Source: Promethearchaeota archaeon (GTDB lineage Archaea; Asgardarchaeota; Lokiarchaeia; Sigyniarchaeales; SOKP01). From it: 15,399 nucleotides of DNA. The stretch is from positions 1-15,399 of the forward strand of contig JAHLWS010000020.1 of the NCBI GenBank assembly GCA_019057795.1. Direction: 5' to 3'. Below, one piece after another: positions 1-7,719 of the stretch (position 1 is its first letter; every line of letters starts with the position of its first letter). Position numbers and translations under genes: made by a program. Below the pieces are notes generated by a model, which ran no database searches, was not told the DNA's origin, and worked only from the letters and a program-made list of their open reading frames with translations.

Positions 1-138
1 ATAGTCACGCATAACACCTTCTTTCCTACTTTTAAGGACTTCCAGCGTGCTCTGATAAAATTCATCGTGAAACACAAGACATCTTCACCAGAAATTATGA
101 CTCGTTGTAGCTATGCTAAATTATTTAGTTCGCCATAA
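1..138 (+). mobile_element. IS630-like transposase, C-terminal end (gene begins before the window)
   Basis: Frame 1 reads IVTHNTFFPTFKDFQRALIKFIVKHKTSSPEIMTRCSYAKLFSSP* (TAA 136-138). 'VTHNxxFxTFxDFxxAL' resembles the segment after the catalytic Glu of IS630-family DDE transposases. Confidence 0.65.
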
Positions 139-162
139 ATAATTTCCTTAATAATTTCCTTA
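139..162. repeat. Exact 12-bp tandem duplication ATAATTTCCTTA x2 in the putative IS630 right end
   Basis: ATAATTTCCTTA at 139-150 and 151-162, directly after the transposase stop; a TA at 170-171 is a plausible IS630 boundary/target (inference). Confidence 0.75.
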
Positions 163-171
163 ACTGATTTA

Positions 172-444
172 GGATACCAATGAATATAATCTCTAAATTT
201 ACTTTCTGATAAATTTTTAGCATAATTTGATATATTCATTAAAATTACATCTCTCAAAAGACTTAAAAAATTTAAAGAAAGAAACAGAAATGTCTTTAAG
301 ACACTTATTAATTCTTTTAGTGGTATTAATAGTAACGCAGGAAAGTCTTTTCCATCAAAAAAGGTTGAGTTAAAGCAATTTGACAGGGAAGATCTTGATA
401 AGAGATTAGTAATACATAAACTTGTTTTGAAGTATTTAGACTAG
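172..444 (+). pseudogene. Start-less gene remnant, probably interrupted by the IS630 insertion
   Basis: Frame 1 is open 226-444 (FDIFIKITSLKRLKKFKERNRNVFKTLINSF...LVLKYLD*) with no start codon; stops at 181, 187 and 223 lie between it and the IS end. Confidence 0.35.
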
Positions 445-610
445 AAACTTTTAGCACATCATATTAAAAAATTAGAAATTTACAATTATCTTTTTAAAAG
501 TAAACATTTTCTTATATTTACAATTAAATAATGAGTTAAGGAGAAAATCTTTTTTTTAAATTAATCTTGAAAATCATAGAAAAAGATCGGATTAATAAAT
601 AATTAAAAGA

Positions 611-655
611 AAGCAATATTTATATTGTTGTAAGTGTGCTGGAATTCCCAAGCAC
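611..655 (+). promoter_or_regulatory. Archaeal TATA-like box followed by a GC-rich imperfect inverted repeat
   Basis: TTTATAT at 619-625 after a purine-rich tract; GTGCT-GG-AATTC-CC-A-AGCAC at 636-655 overlaps the expected start site upstream of the 692 gene. Confidence 0.45.
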
Positions 656-691
656 CAATAAAAATAAGAAATTGGAAAGAGATAAAAGAAA

Positions 692-886
692 ATGGGAAGA
701 AAATTAACAGAAACAGCAGTTTTTAACGACAGAGAATACAAAAGAGGAGAAGAATATTTTGAGACTGAAGAAGAAGTAGACTATGCTGTAGAAGAACTTA
801 GAGATAGCGGTTATTGTGCTATTAAAGATAAAAATAAAAATGGTTATTTCATGTGGATTGGTGGAGAAAGAGAGGATGATTATTAA
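692..886 (+). CDS. Small acidic hypothetical protein (64 aa), virus/MGE-like
   Basis: Purine-rich coding strand, own promoter, overlaps the ATG (876) of a downstream remnant gene; no recognised family. Confidence 0.6.
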   Translation: MGRKLTETAVFNDREYKRGEEYFETEEEVDYAVEELRDSGYCAIKDKNKNGYFMWIGGEREDDY

Positions 887-1034
887 GACGGTAGAAAAGA
901 ATCATGGTTTATGTCTCCGTTATAACTGTCAGATTGAATGATTCCCTGCGACAAGTCGTAGAGATAATAAAACTAAGATATGTGCAAACTATCATGATAG
1001 AAATATGTTTTACTTTAAAATAAAAGGGCTATAA
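876..1034 (+). pseudogene. Degraded small zinc-finger gene (CxxC...PAxSRxDNKTxICxxC type, common in viral genomes)
   Basis: ATG 876 after GAGG; reads MIIKTVEKNHGLCLRYNCQIE*FPATSRRDNKTKICANYHDRNMFYFKIKGL*; TGA at 939-941; second Cys of both expected CxxC pairs is TAT (Tyr). Confidence 0.6.
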
Positions 1035-1312
1035 TTGGGAAATAACCGATTTAGGACAAAATATTACTTTAGATTTTGGCTTTTTTTATCCATTTCAAAT
1101 CTCTGAGTATTATCGATTTCCTAAAAATTATATAAATAAATTTCGCAAGTGTAGATATTCTATTTCTTTCAATTTCTAAATAATTAGTAAATTTATCACA
1201 TTTAACATTGAGGCTTAACTTAGACTGCATTTTCTAGATTTTTCCTTTAAATATCTTCTTGATTATAAGGCGTTAAACTTAAAATTTTGATGTTTAGAGG
1301 TGAATTTAATAT

Positions 1313-2482
1313 ATGGAATTAGTATCTACAAAACCGGAAAAATTAAGTCCTGAAGTAATTGAAGTAAGGAACTCGACTCAAATAAAATCTGCGCTGTTAG
1401 AACTGTTACCCGTGCCTGACGAGAGGTTGAATCCTAAAATCGTTTCAGAAATAGTTAGTTATTTAGAAACTAAATTTTTAAATCCTGAAAACAAAATAAA
1501 ATTCTTCGTAGCAAGACAAAACGAAAAAACTACGGGCTTTGTATCGTGCCAAATCAACGACGAGTACAAAAGTTATGGAATGCCATGCCCGACTTTTGGT
1601 TGGCTACGTTCTAAAGATTTTCTTTCTTGTAAAAAGCTCATGAATGAGTGCGAAAATTTCGTTCGCGAAACCAAGATGAAAAAGCTTCGTGGTCCAATTA
1701 ATTACCCGAAATACATCGGGGGGATCGGTATTCAGACCAAAGGGTTCGAAGCTCCCATGATGAGCGGTATCGCGTTCGGAGACCCCGAGTCAAAAGTTCT
1801 GGAGTACTTGGAAGAGTTAGGCTACAAAAAAGAATCGAAGTACTCGTGTCTCGACACTTTCTTAAAAAGGTGGGCCAAAGGCAAAGATTTAGACGACGAA
1901 ATAGTGGTTAGGTTTTTGCCTCTCGACGAGATAAAGGATTTAATCGACCAAATAATGGGCTTAGCGTCTCAATCTCTACATGCGGTGCTTGCAGACGCAC
2001 CAGGTGGTAGAACTAGATTTAACGAATTTATGAGCGCCTACGCTCAAACCATCGAATTTCTTAAGGTATCCAGCGAGGAAATCCCACAAGAGTACGCCGA
2101 CATCTCTGGCTTCCAAGAAACCTGGGAGTCTTGCGACCTAAAAAAAATAGTCCCCATGGCTGCCTTCGCTTTCGACCGAAACACTGACGAGTTAATAGGA
2201 ACTATCATGTGTCAACCGAACTTATATCAGCTATGGAACGGAGAGCCGTTAACCCACATGAACGTAGACACGGCTATGGTAAAAAAAGAATACGCCGGAA
2301 GGGGGGTTTTCTCCGCGCTTCACAACGTCGGGAAGTTCCTATCTTCCACTTTTGGGTTTAACTACTACGAGGGAACTACAATTTGGGCCAACAACGACCG
2401 AGCGATAAAAACTATATTTCCACACGGCGTCCCCGTAAGAACTCATTACGTAGTTCAAAAGCGAGTTTTAAGAAATAAATAA
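1313..2482 (+). CDS. GNAT-family N-acetyltransferase (two-domain, YghO-like)
   Basis: FGW...LRGPINY...GF..PM N-terminal motifs and acetyl-CoA-binding motif A (MVKKEYAGRGV) plus IWANNDRA; GAGGTGA RBS at 1297-1303; TTTAAATA at 1246-1253; T-tracts after the stop. Confidence 0.8.
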   Translation: MELVSTKPEKLSPEVIEVRNSTQIKSALLELLPVPDERLNPKIVSEIVSYLETKFLNPENKIKFFVARQNEKTTGFVSCQINDEYKSYGMPCPTFGWLRSKDFLSCKKLMNECENFVRETKMKKLRGPINYPKYIGGIGIQTKGFEAPMMSGIAFGDPESKVLEYLEELGYKKESKYSCLDTFLKRWAKGKDLDDEIVVRFLPLDEIKDLIDQIMGLASQSLHAVLADAPGGRTRFNEFMSAYAQTIEFLKVSSEEIPQEYADISGFQETWESCDLKKIVPMAAFAFDRNTDELIGTIMCQPNLYQLWNGEPLTHMNVDTAMVKKEYAGRGVFSALHNVGKFLSSTFGFNYYEGTTIWANNDRAIKTIFPHGVPVRTHYVVQKRVLRNK

Positions 2483-2558
2483 ACGCGAATCCTAAATTCA
2501 AAAATTTTTTCCACTATTTTTTATTTTACTATTATTTAACGTTACAAGGTGATATATA

Positions 2559-2685
2559 ATAATTTTAACCGTAAAACTAAAGGAGTTAGAGAGAATAATT
2601 GAAGTCTTAAAGAAATAAATACGATGAGTTCAAGGATATCGTTGTTAAATTAGAAATGGCGATAATTAAAGAAAGAATTTTCTAA
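2559..2685 (+). pseudogene. Remnant of a very small gene (mutated start, one frameshift)
   Basis: AGGTGA RBS at 2547-2552 followed by ATA where ATG is expected; IILTVKLKELERIIEVLKK, then in the +1 frame KYDEFKDIVVKLEMAIIKERIF* (TAA 2683-2685); T-rich tract follows. Confidence 0.35.
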
Positions 2686-2831
2686 CCGAAATTTATGCCG
2701 GAGTGGGTTAATTTTTATTTTTCTTTTTATAGATTAACTCCAGATAAAATAATATTAAGACTCTTTTTTATTGCGTTATTTACTCAAAAATAACCCCTGT
2801 TCAAGATCATAATTAAAAATGAATAAAGCTC

Positions 2832-3935
2832 CTAAATAATATCATCCAGATAGTCTAGAACTTTATCTAATCTTATATTATAAATTAGTGTGTTAAGATG
2901 GAAAAGAGTTCTTGGTTTTTCTTCGATAAGATCTAATAATTCAATAAAGTATAAGTTCTGCAATAAGTAGAATTTTATCTTTTGAATTATTGCTTCTTTA
3001 AGAAGATCTATTTGCCTTTTGCCATGTATTACTTTTTGCTCTTCTGGAATTATATGATTAACTTTACCACTCTCATTAAAATCAAGATAATCAAACCAAT
3101 AGAGAATTCTTGGGTTTTTTGGTGTTATTTGTAAAAATTTATGGAAAAAACCCCCCTTATAATAATTTTTAACTTGATCTATGTATGATTTATGCCCTGC
3201 AGACGCGCTTTTAGCCTCACCGACTATAAAATCATCATTTTCATCATTTAGTTGTTTGCCTTTTTTTCTTCCTCTCAGTCTTAAAAAACTCAAATCATAA
3301 AGAAAACCTCCCCTGTCGATAAAGCCATAGTCAATTAACATGTTTTGAATTTCAGGAAAATTATATGCTCCAAAATCAGGTATCTTAATATCGATTTCAA
3401 AATTTAAATTTCTGAAAAAAACTTGATTCTCTACCATATAACCTTTATCTATAAAGATTTTGCACGCAATATATTCAAGAAAATTTTCTAGAGAATTTCC
3501 TTTGGTTTTTAGATAGATTTCTGTTATTAGACAATCTTGAGGTTTCAAATTGGATTCAAGAATTTTATTTATTGCATTAGTATTATATTTTTTACCAAAA
3601 TAGCTTTCATTTACTGATTTTTTTATTTCATATGGAATAATATATTTAGTGGGTGTTGTAAAAAACTCTATATCTTGAAAATCCAAATGAGTTTTATATT
3701 CTAAATTTAACTTAGTGTTTGTATGAGGGAAGTTATATATCAAATAATTTTCTTCTAACTCAGAATAATTAAATGTATAAGTTTGAGAAAAATTAAAACA
3801 CCTTGCAAAATGATATGCTTCCCATGTATCCATAATTATTATTGGACCATTCACCAAATCCTTTAAGACTTTGAATCCACAGGTCTTATGCAAGAATTTT
3901 ATAAATAGAGCACGATCAATATCACTTTCAATCAT
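2832..3935 (-). CDS. PD-(D/E)XK restriction-endonuclease-fold protein (367 aa)
   Basis: ENFLEY helix, IPDFGAY (motif II), IVGEAKS (motif III), DQVKNY (QxxxY); long insertion between PD and ExK. Confidence 0.7.
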   Translation of the reverse strand: MIESDIDRALFIKFLHKTCGFKVLKDLVNGPIIIMDTWEAYHFARCFNFSQTYTFNYSELEENYLIYNFPHTNTKLNLEYKTHLDFQDIEFFTTPTKYIIPYEIKKSVNESYFGKKYNTNAINKILESNLKPQDCLITEIYLKTKGNSLENFLEYIACKIFIDKGYMVENQVFFRNLNFEIDIKIPDFGAYNFPEIQNMLIDYGFIDRGGFLYDLSFLRLRGRKKGKQLNDENDDFIVGEAKSASAGHKSYIDQVKNYYKGGFFHKFLQITPKNPRILYWFDYLDFNESGKVNHIIPEEQKVIHGKRQIDLLKEAIIQKIKFYLLQNLYFIELLDLIEEKPRTLFHLNTLIYNIRLDKVLDYLDDII

Positions 3936-3956
3936 TATTTAACAAAAATAATCATA

Positions 3957-3988
3957 TATTTAAATTTCTTATTTAAACCTTAGGTTTA
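3957..3988 (-). promoter_or_regulatory. BRE/TATA of a probably leaderless transcript, plus an upstream palindrome
   Basis: Minus strand AAGAAA-TTTAAATA (TATA 3957-3964) lies 22-29 nt from the ATG at 3935; perfect TAAACCT-T-AGGTTTA at 3974-3988. Confidence 0.5.
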
Positions 3989-4021
3989 TTTAAAATTAAG
4001 TCAGGCGGATTTTAAAAAGTC

Positions 4022-4357
4022 TCAATCTGTAAATTGATTAACTATTTTTAAAATCTCTTCTCCATATTTGTCGTACTTTTTGCTTCCGATACCAGATATT
4101 TGTAGGAGTTTTTCTTTCGTTTTGGGTCGTTGTTTAGCCATGTATTTTAATGCAGAATCGTGAAATATCATGTAAGCAGGTACATCTTCCTCTTCAGAAA
4201 GTTTAATTCTAAAAGACTTTAATATTTTGAATAATTTTTCGTCTTCTGGACTTAATTTAACTTCAAAGTTAGCCTTCTTCTCGCCATTTCTGCCGAAGTT
4301 TAAATTATTAACCCTTTTCCTTATCATTTTTAACGCTGAATCCATCGACCTCTCCAT
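4022..4357 (-). CDS. Stand-alone HRDC-domain protein (frame stays open upstream to ~4466)
   Basis: LFKILKSFRIKLSEEEDVPAYMIFHDSALKYMAKQRPKTKEKLLQISGIGSKKYDKYGEEIL is a canonical RecQ-type HRDC; no helicase domain present. Confidence 0.9.
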   Translation of the reverse strand: MERSMDSALKMIRKRVNNLNFGRNGEKKANFEVKLSPEDEKLFKILKSFRIKLSEEEDVPAYMIFHDSALKYMAKQRPKTKEKLLQISGIGSKKYDKYGEEILKIVNQFTD

Positions 4358-4684
4358 TCCCTCAAGCGTCTCCGCGGTGACTCTAACATGACCAAGATAA
4401 TAAAGCCCTTTAATCGTTTGCTTTATAACAACGCAAATAAAGAATAAGAATAAACAAATAGGAATTTAAATATAAAATAAATTTTTTATAATTGTTTGGT
4501 TATATTTCAAAATTATATTAGGGAAGATATAAAATTAAAGAGATGAAAAAAATGTTTATCTGATTTTTGACTCGTTCTAAGATTATTAAAACGTTTATAA
4601 AACATTTTTAGAATTTTATTTCATATTACATATTAAAACATTAACAGCTTTATTTTTATATTATAAAGTAGAAGATTTATATGT

Positions 4685-5260
4685 ATGCAACATCAGAAAA
4701 GACATAAAGCGTTTAATATTTTTTTTAATGGTAATTTGATATTAAGTGCTGTTTATTATCCAATTCACTTTTTTCTTATTGATTTACCAAATATTAGTTT
4801 AAATATTAGCAAATTGGACTTTTTTACAAGTGTTCCAGATGCTTTTAATGCTGGTGGGCAAATAATTCTATTAATTTTACTTATTGGAATTTACATATTA
4901 AGTATTTATTATTTAGTAAAATATGATAAAGATTCTAAAATTGATTGGAGTGATAAAATCTTATCAATATCATTATTTTGTATGATTATTTGTTCATTCT
5001 CTTCTATTATTATTGTTTATGATTTCATTTGGAATTTTATTATGATTTTTCCTTTAGATGTATCTCTATTACCTATTTTCTATTTTTCTCGCTTTTTGTT
5101 AGTTATTATCTTTATAATCTCAATAGTATTCCTTTCTGTAATGGCTATCTTACTTTTACTAAATCATTTTCAATGGTTTAATAAAGAAGGTTTTATACCT
5201 CTAATTCCCTTCATGATCGTTATGCTTTTTAATATTTATGGAATATCTGGCTTCGTGTAA
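4685..5260 (+). CDS. Hypothetical polytopic membrane protein (~5 hydrophobic segments)
   Basis: 191-aa ORF of alternating long hydrophobic stretches and short polar loops. Confidence 0.65.
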   Translation: MQHQKRHKAFNIFFNGNLILSAVYYPIHFFLIDLPNISLNISKLDFFTSVPDAFNAGGQIILLILLIGIYILSIYYLVKYDKDSKIDWSDKILSISLFCMIICSFSSIIIVYDFIWNFIMIFPLDVSLLPIFYFSRFLLVIIFIISIVFLSVMAILLLLNHFQWFNKEGFIPLIPFMIVMLFNIYGISGFV

Positions 5261-5672
5261 TAACATCCGTTATCTTTTCCCATTTACTTACAGGAAGTTC
5301 AAGATAACCAGGTAATGAAAAAAGATATTTTCCCTGAGAGTTAAAGATTCTATAGAAACTATAGTAATCCTTACTCCAATCACTATAATTTATAGAAAAA
5401 GATTTCGATTTTCAAGGTGCTAAATTAAAGAAATTATAAAATAATTAATTAACTCTATTATTGATACTTTTAATTAAAGTACTACATCCACATTACAGAT
5501 ACAGTTTGCTCTTAAACTATATAAAGGTTTTCTTTTGATGTAAATTTGAAAAAAAGTAGATAAATTCCCCCTCCACACTCAGAAATCTAAAAAATCTATA
5601 AATTAGTGCTTTCACCAGGATTTGTTTAAACTAAAGTTGAACCTTTTTTTTCTTAGGATTTAGGATATTAAC

Positions 5673-6602
5673 CTATAAAATCTTTAATGTAGAATTTTTA
5701 GTAAAGACCAACTCTTTTTCGGAAGTATAGGAGTCTTCCTTGACGGCCAAATTGGTTATCGAAACGCAATCTCCGTCGCTTACCAACTTTAAGCACTCGA
5801 TCGCTTCCATACCCCATATTTTCACGCGTATCGCGAAAGACTCGACTTCTAAAAGCAAAGATAGTAAAAATGATTTCTCGCCCGATTTTAACTCCAACTC
5901 TTTAAAATTTTCTATTTTAACCTGCCCTTTTACCGAACTAACGAACTTGTTTTGAAGGATAAATTTTTCTAAGCTTTCTTTCGGAACCGTTTTAAAACTT
6001 TCTTCGCGGTTTTGGTCGATATTTAACGACTCGAGCTTGTCTCTCGTCCTTTGGCTAATGTCTTTAGGAGAAAGAATTAATTTCCCTTTTCTTCCGAGGT
6101 GAACTTCGAGGTCGTCGCTTTTCCCAGCTTTCGAGTAACCACCTATTAAGCGAACGAGCTCGTTTACCCGAAAGTATTCGTTTTTTGCTGCCTTCGCGTG
6201 GTCGTCCCATAAGACTATTTTAACGGTCTTGGTTGAGTCGGCCAACAAGAAAGAACAAACCGCACCCGTAGAACCGTCTTTTCTAGTAAACTCTCGGGCT
6301 TGAAAAACTTCAAGTATTTTACCTAACAACACTATATTGGTCATAGACTCTTTAACTTCCGATATATCGATGGTGAAATCGTCGTAGTCGAACTCTTCCT
6401 CGAATATTTCGTACAATTGTGGGTCGATGTCAGGCGATCGAAGTTGAACGCCTTTTTCCTTGGCAATAACGAACAAGATCCCTTGCTCTGACATAAATCC
6501 ACCGAACTCTTTGGCCTTGTTCTGGACTTGCTTTTCCAATTCGGCCTCTGAGAAGCCAGAATCCAACAATTTTTGGTACAACTCTTTTACTGAATCGCTC
6601 AT
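5673..6602 (-). CDS. rpa: Archaeal RPA-like single-stranded DNA-binding protein (N-terminal helical domain + two OB folds)
   Basis: N-terminus FGGFMSEQGILFVIAKEKGV; OB fold with REFTRKDGSTGAVCSFLLADSTKTVKIVLWD; second OB fold with IRVKIWG...GDCVSITN. Confidence 0.85.
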   Translation of the reverse strand: MSDSVKELYQKLLDSGFSEAELEKQVQNKAKEFGGFMSEQGILFVIAKEKGVQLRSPDIDPQLYEIFEEEFDYDDFTIDISEVKESMTNIVLLGKILEVFQAREFTRKDGSTGAVCSFLLADSTKTVKIVLWDDHAKAAKNEYFRVNELVRLIGGYSKAGKSDDLEVHLGRKGKLILSPKDISQRTRDKLESLNIDQNREESFKTVPKESLEKFILQNKFVSSVKGQVKIENFKELELKSGEKSFLLSLLLEVESFAIRVKIWGMEAIECLKLVSDGDCVSITNLAVKEDSYTSEKELVFTKNSTLKIL

Positions 6603-6770
6603 TTTCCTACTAAAAGCAATTTTTAACTATTACGTAAAAAATAGACTTTCGAATATTTAAAGAAAATTTTTTTTATAGATTTGAAAGTTATCACGAAAAC
6701 TAAAGAGAATATGTCTTGGCAACAAATATAGTAAGATAATTATATATAAAATTAAACTTACTGATAGCAT

Positions 6771-7397
6771 ATGTATGACTTGCAAGAATATTTCGCGGGT
6801 TTTTTAAAATATCTCAATGAGAACAGAGAGAGAATTGCATACCTTCAATTGCCTGGAAAACTAGAAGATTTCCTAGTTAAGGAGTTTTGTTATTTCATTT
6901 ATACTAAATCAAAAGGAATGTATGCTACTGTGGTTAATATGGGAAAAAAGAAGAAAGAAGAAAAAAGGATAGATATTTGTATCATAACAGGACAAGATCT
7001 TAATCTCGAACATATTGAAATATTAGAATTGATTGAAGTAAAATATTTTAGAAATTGGCACAGATTTCTACCACTTGATGCAAAAGATAATATTCTAAAA
7101 TTAATGAAAGGTTTTAATAAGCAAATCTATTCGGTTGATAAAAATACACATGGATGGTTTAAAGTCAATTCCAACGTTAATAGAGTTAATGCAATAGCAT
7201 TTGCCTCATTTGTGAGTTATGAAAAAAATGACAATAAAAAAGAAGACTATTACTCAAGAATACTCAATATCGCAAGAAAAGTGTTTGCAAACAATATTAT
7301 CTTAAAATTTTCTTTCCAAAAGGTCTATGAAGACAGTGAATTAACGTTATTTAACAAGAAAATCTATATTACATTAAGGGCAGGATTATGGGAGTAA
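6771..7397 (+). CDS. Small PD-(D/E)XK nuclease-fold protein (208 aa)
   Basis: LEDFLVKE helix, KRIDICII (motif II), LIEVKY (motif III). Confidence 0.65.
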   Translation: MYDLQEYFAGFLKYLNENRERIAYLQLPGKLEDFLVKEFCYFIYTKSKGMYATVVNMGKKKKEEKRIDICIITGQDLNLEHIEILELIEVKYFRNWHRFLPLDAKDNILKLMKGFNKQIYSVDKNTHGWFKVNSNVNRVNAIAFASFVSYEKNDNKKEDYYSRILNIARKVFANNIILKFSFQKVYEDSELTLFNKKIYITLRAGLWE

Positions 7398-7401
7398 AAT
7401 T

Positions 7402-7608
7402 TCAAAAGTAAAACTCTTTGCTTGTAGATTTATCTTCGAGCGTTATTTATTGTATTTTTCGTCCATTTCTTGTTTGAATGTACCAAACTTGACGACATCT
7501 TCGCTATATATTGAACACAGAACTATGAATCGACCTATATCCATAATTTCTGTATTAATGAAACATAAACACCCTTTCAAACTTCCCTAAATTTATTTGA
7601 TTTATCAT
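7402..7608 (-). pseudogene. Possible degraded small gene (Zn-ribbon-like)
   Basis: ATG 7608 after AGAGAG; MINQINLGKFERVFMFH*YRNYGYRSIHSSVFNI*RRCRQVWYIQTRNGRKIQ*ITLEDKSTSKEFYF*; YRNYGY would be CRNCGY with two G>A reversions. Confidence 0.25.
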
Positions 7609-7719
7609 AACTCTCTTTAAAGCTTGAGGATAAAAGATATAAGTCATCATTTCATTTAAAATATAATCAGAAGTGATAAAAATTCGATATTCTCTAATTT
7701 AAAACAAGGCATATTTAAA

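Noticed and set aside
4587-5482. AT-only inverted repeats (e.g. AAAACGTTT-ATA-AAACATTTT near 4590; TACTTT-N5-AAAGTA near 5470)
   Set aside because: Expected by chance at this AT content.
2784-5675. Genome-wide TAG reassignment
   Set aside because: The RPA and 367-aa genes end at TAG at natural-looking C-termini; read-through of the 367-aa gene adds only a short tail before TGA, and no long intact gene needs TAG as sense.
5740-5955. 71-aa plus-strand ORF
   Set aside because: Antisense shadow wholly inside the RPA gene; no motif.
6460-6660. 66-aa plus-strand ORF
   Set aside because: Antisense to the RPA 5' end and promoter; no independent coding signal.
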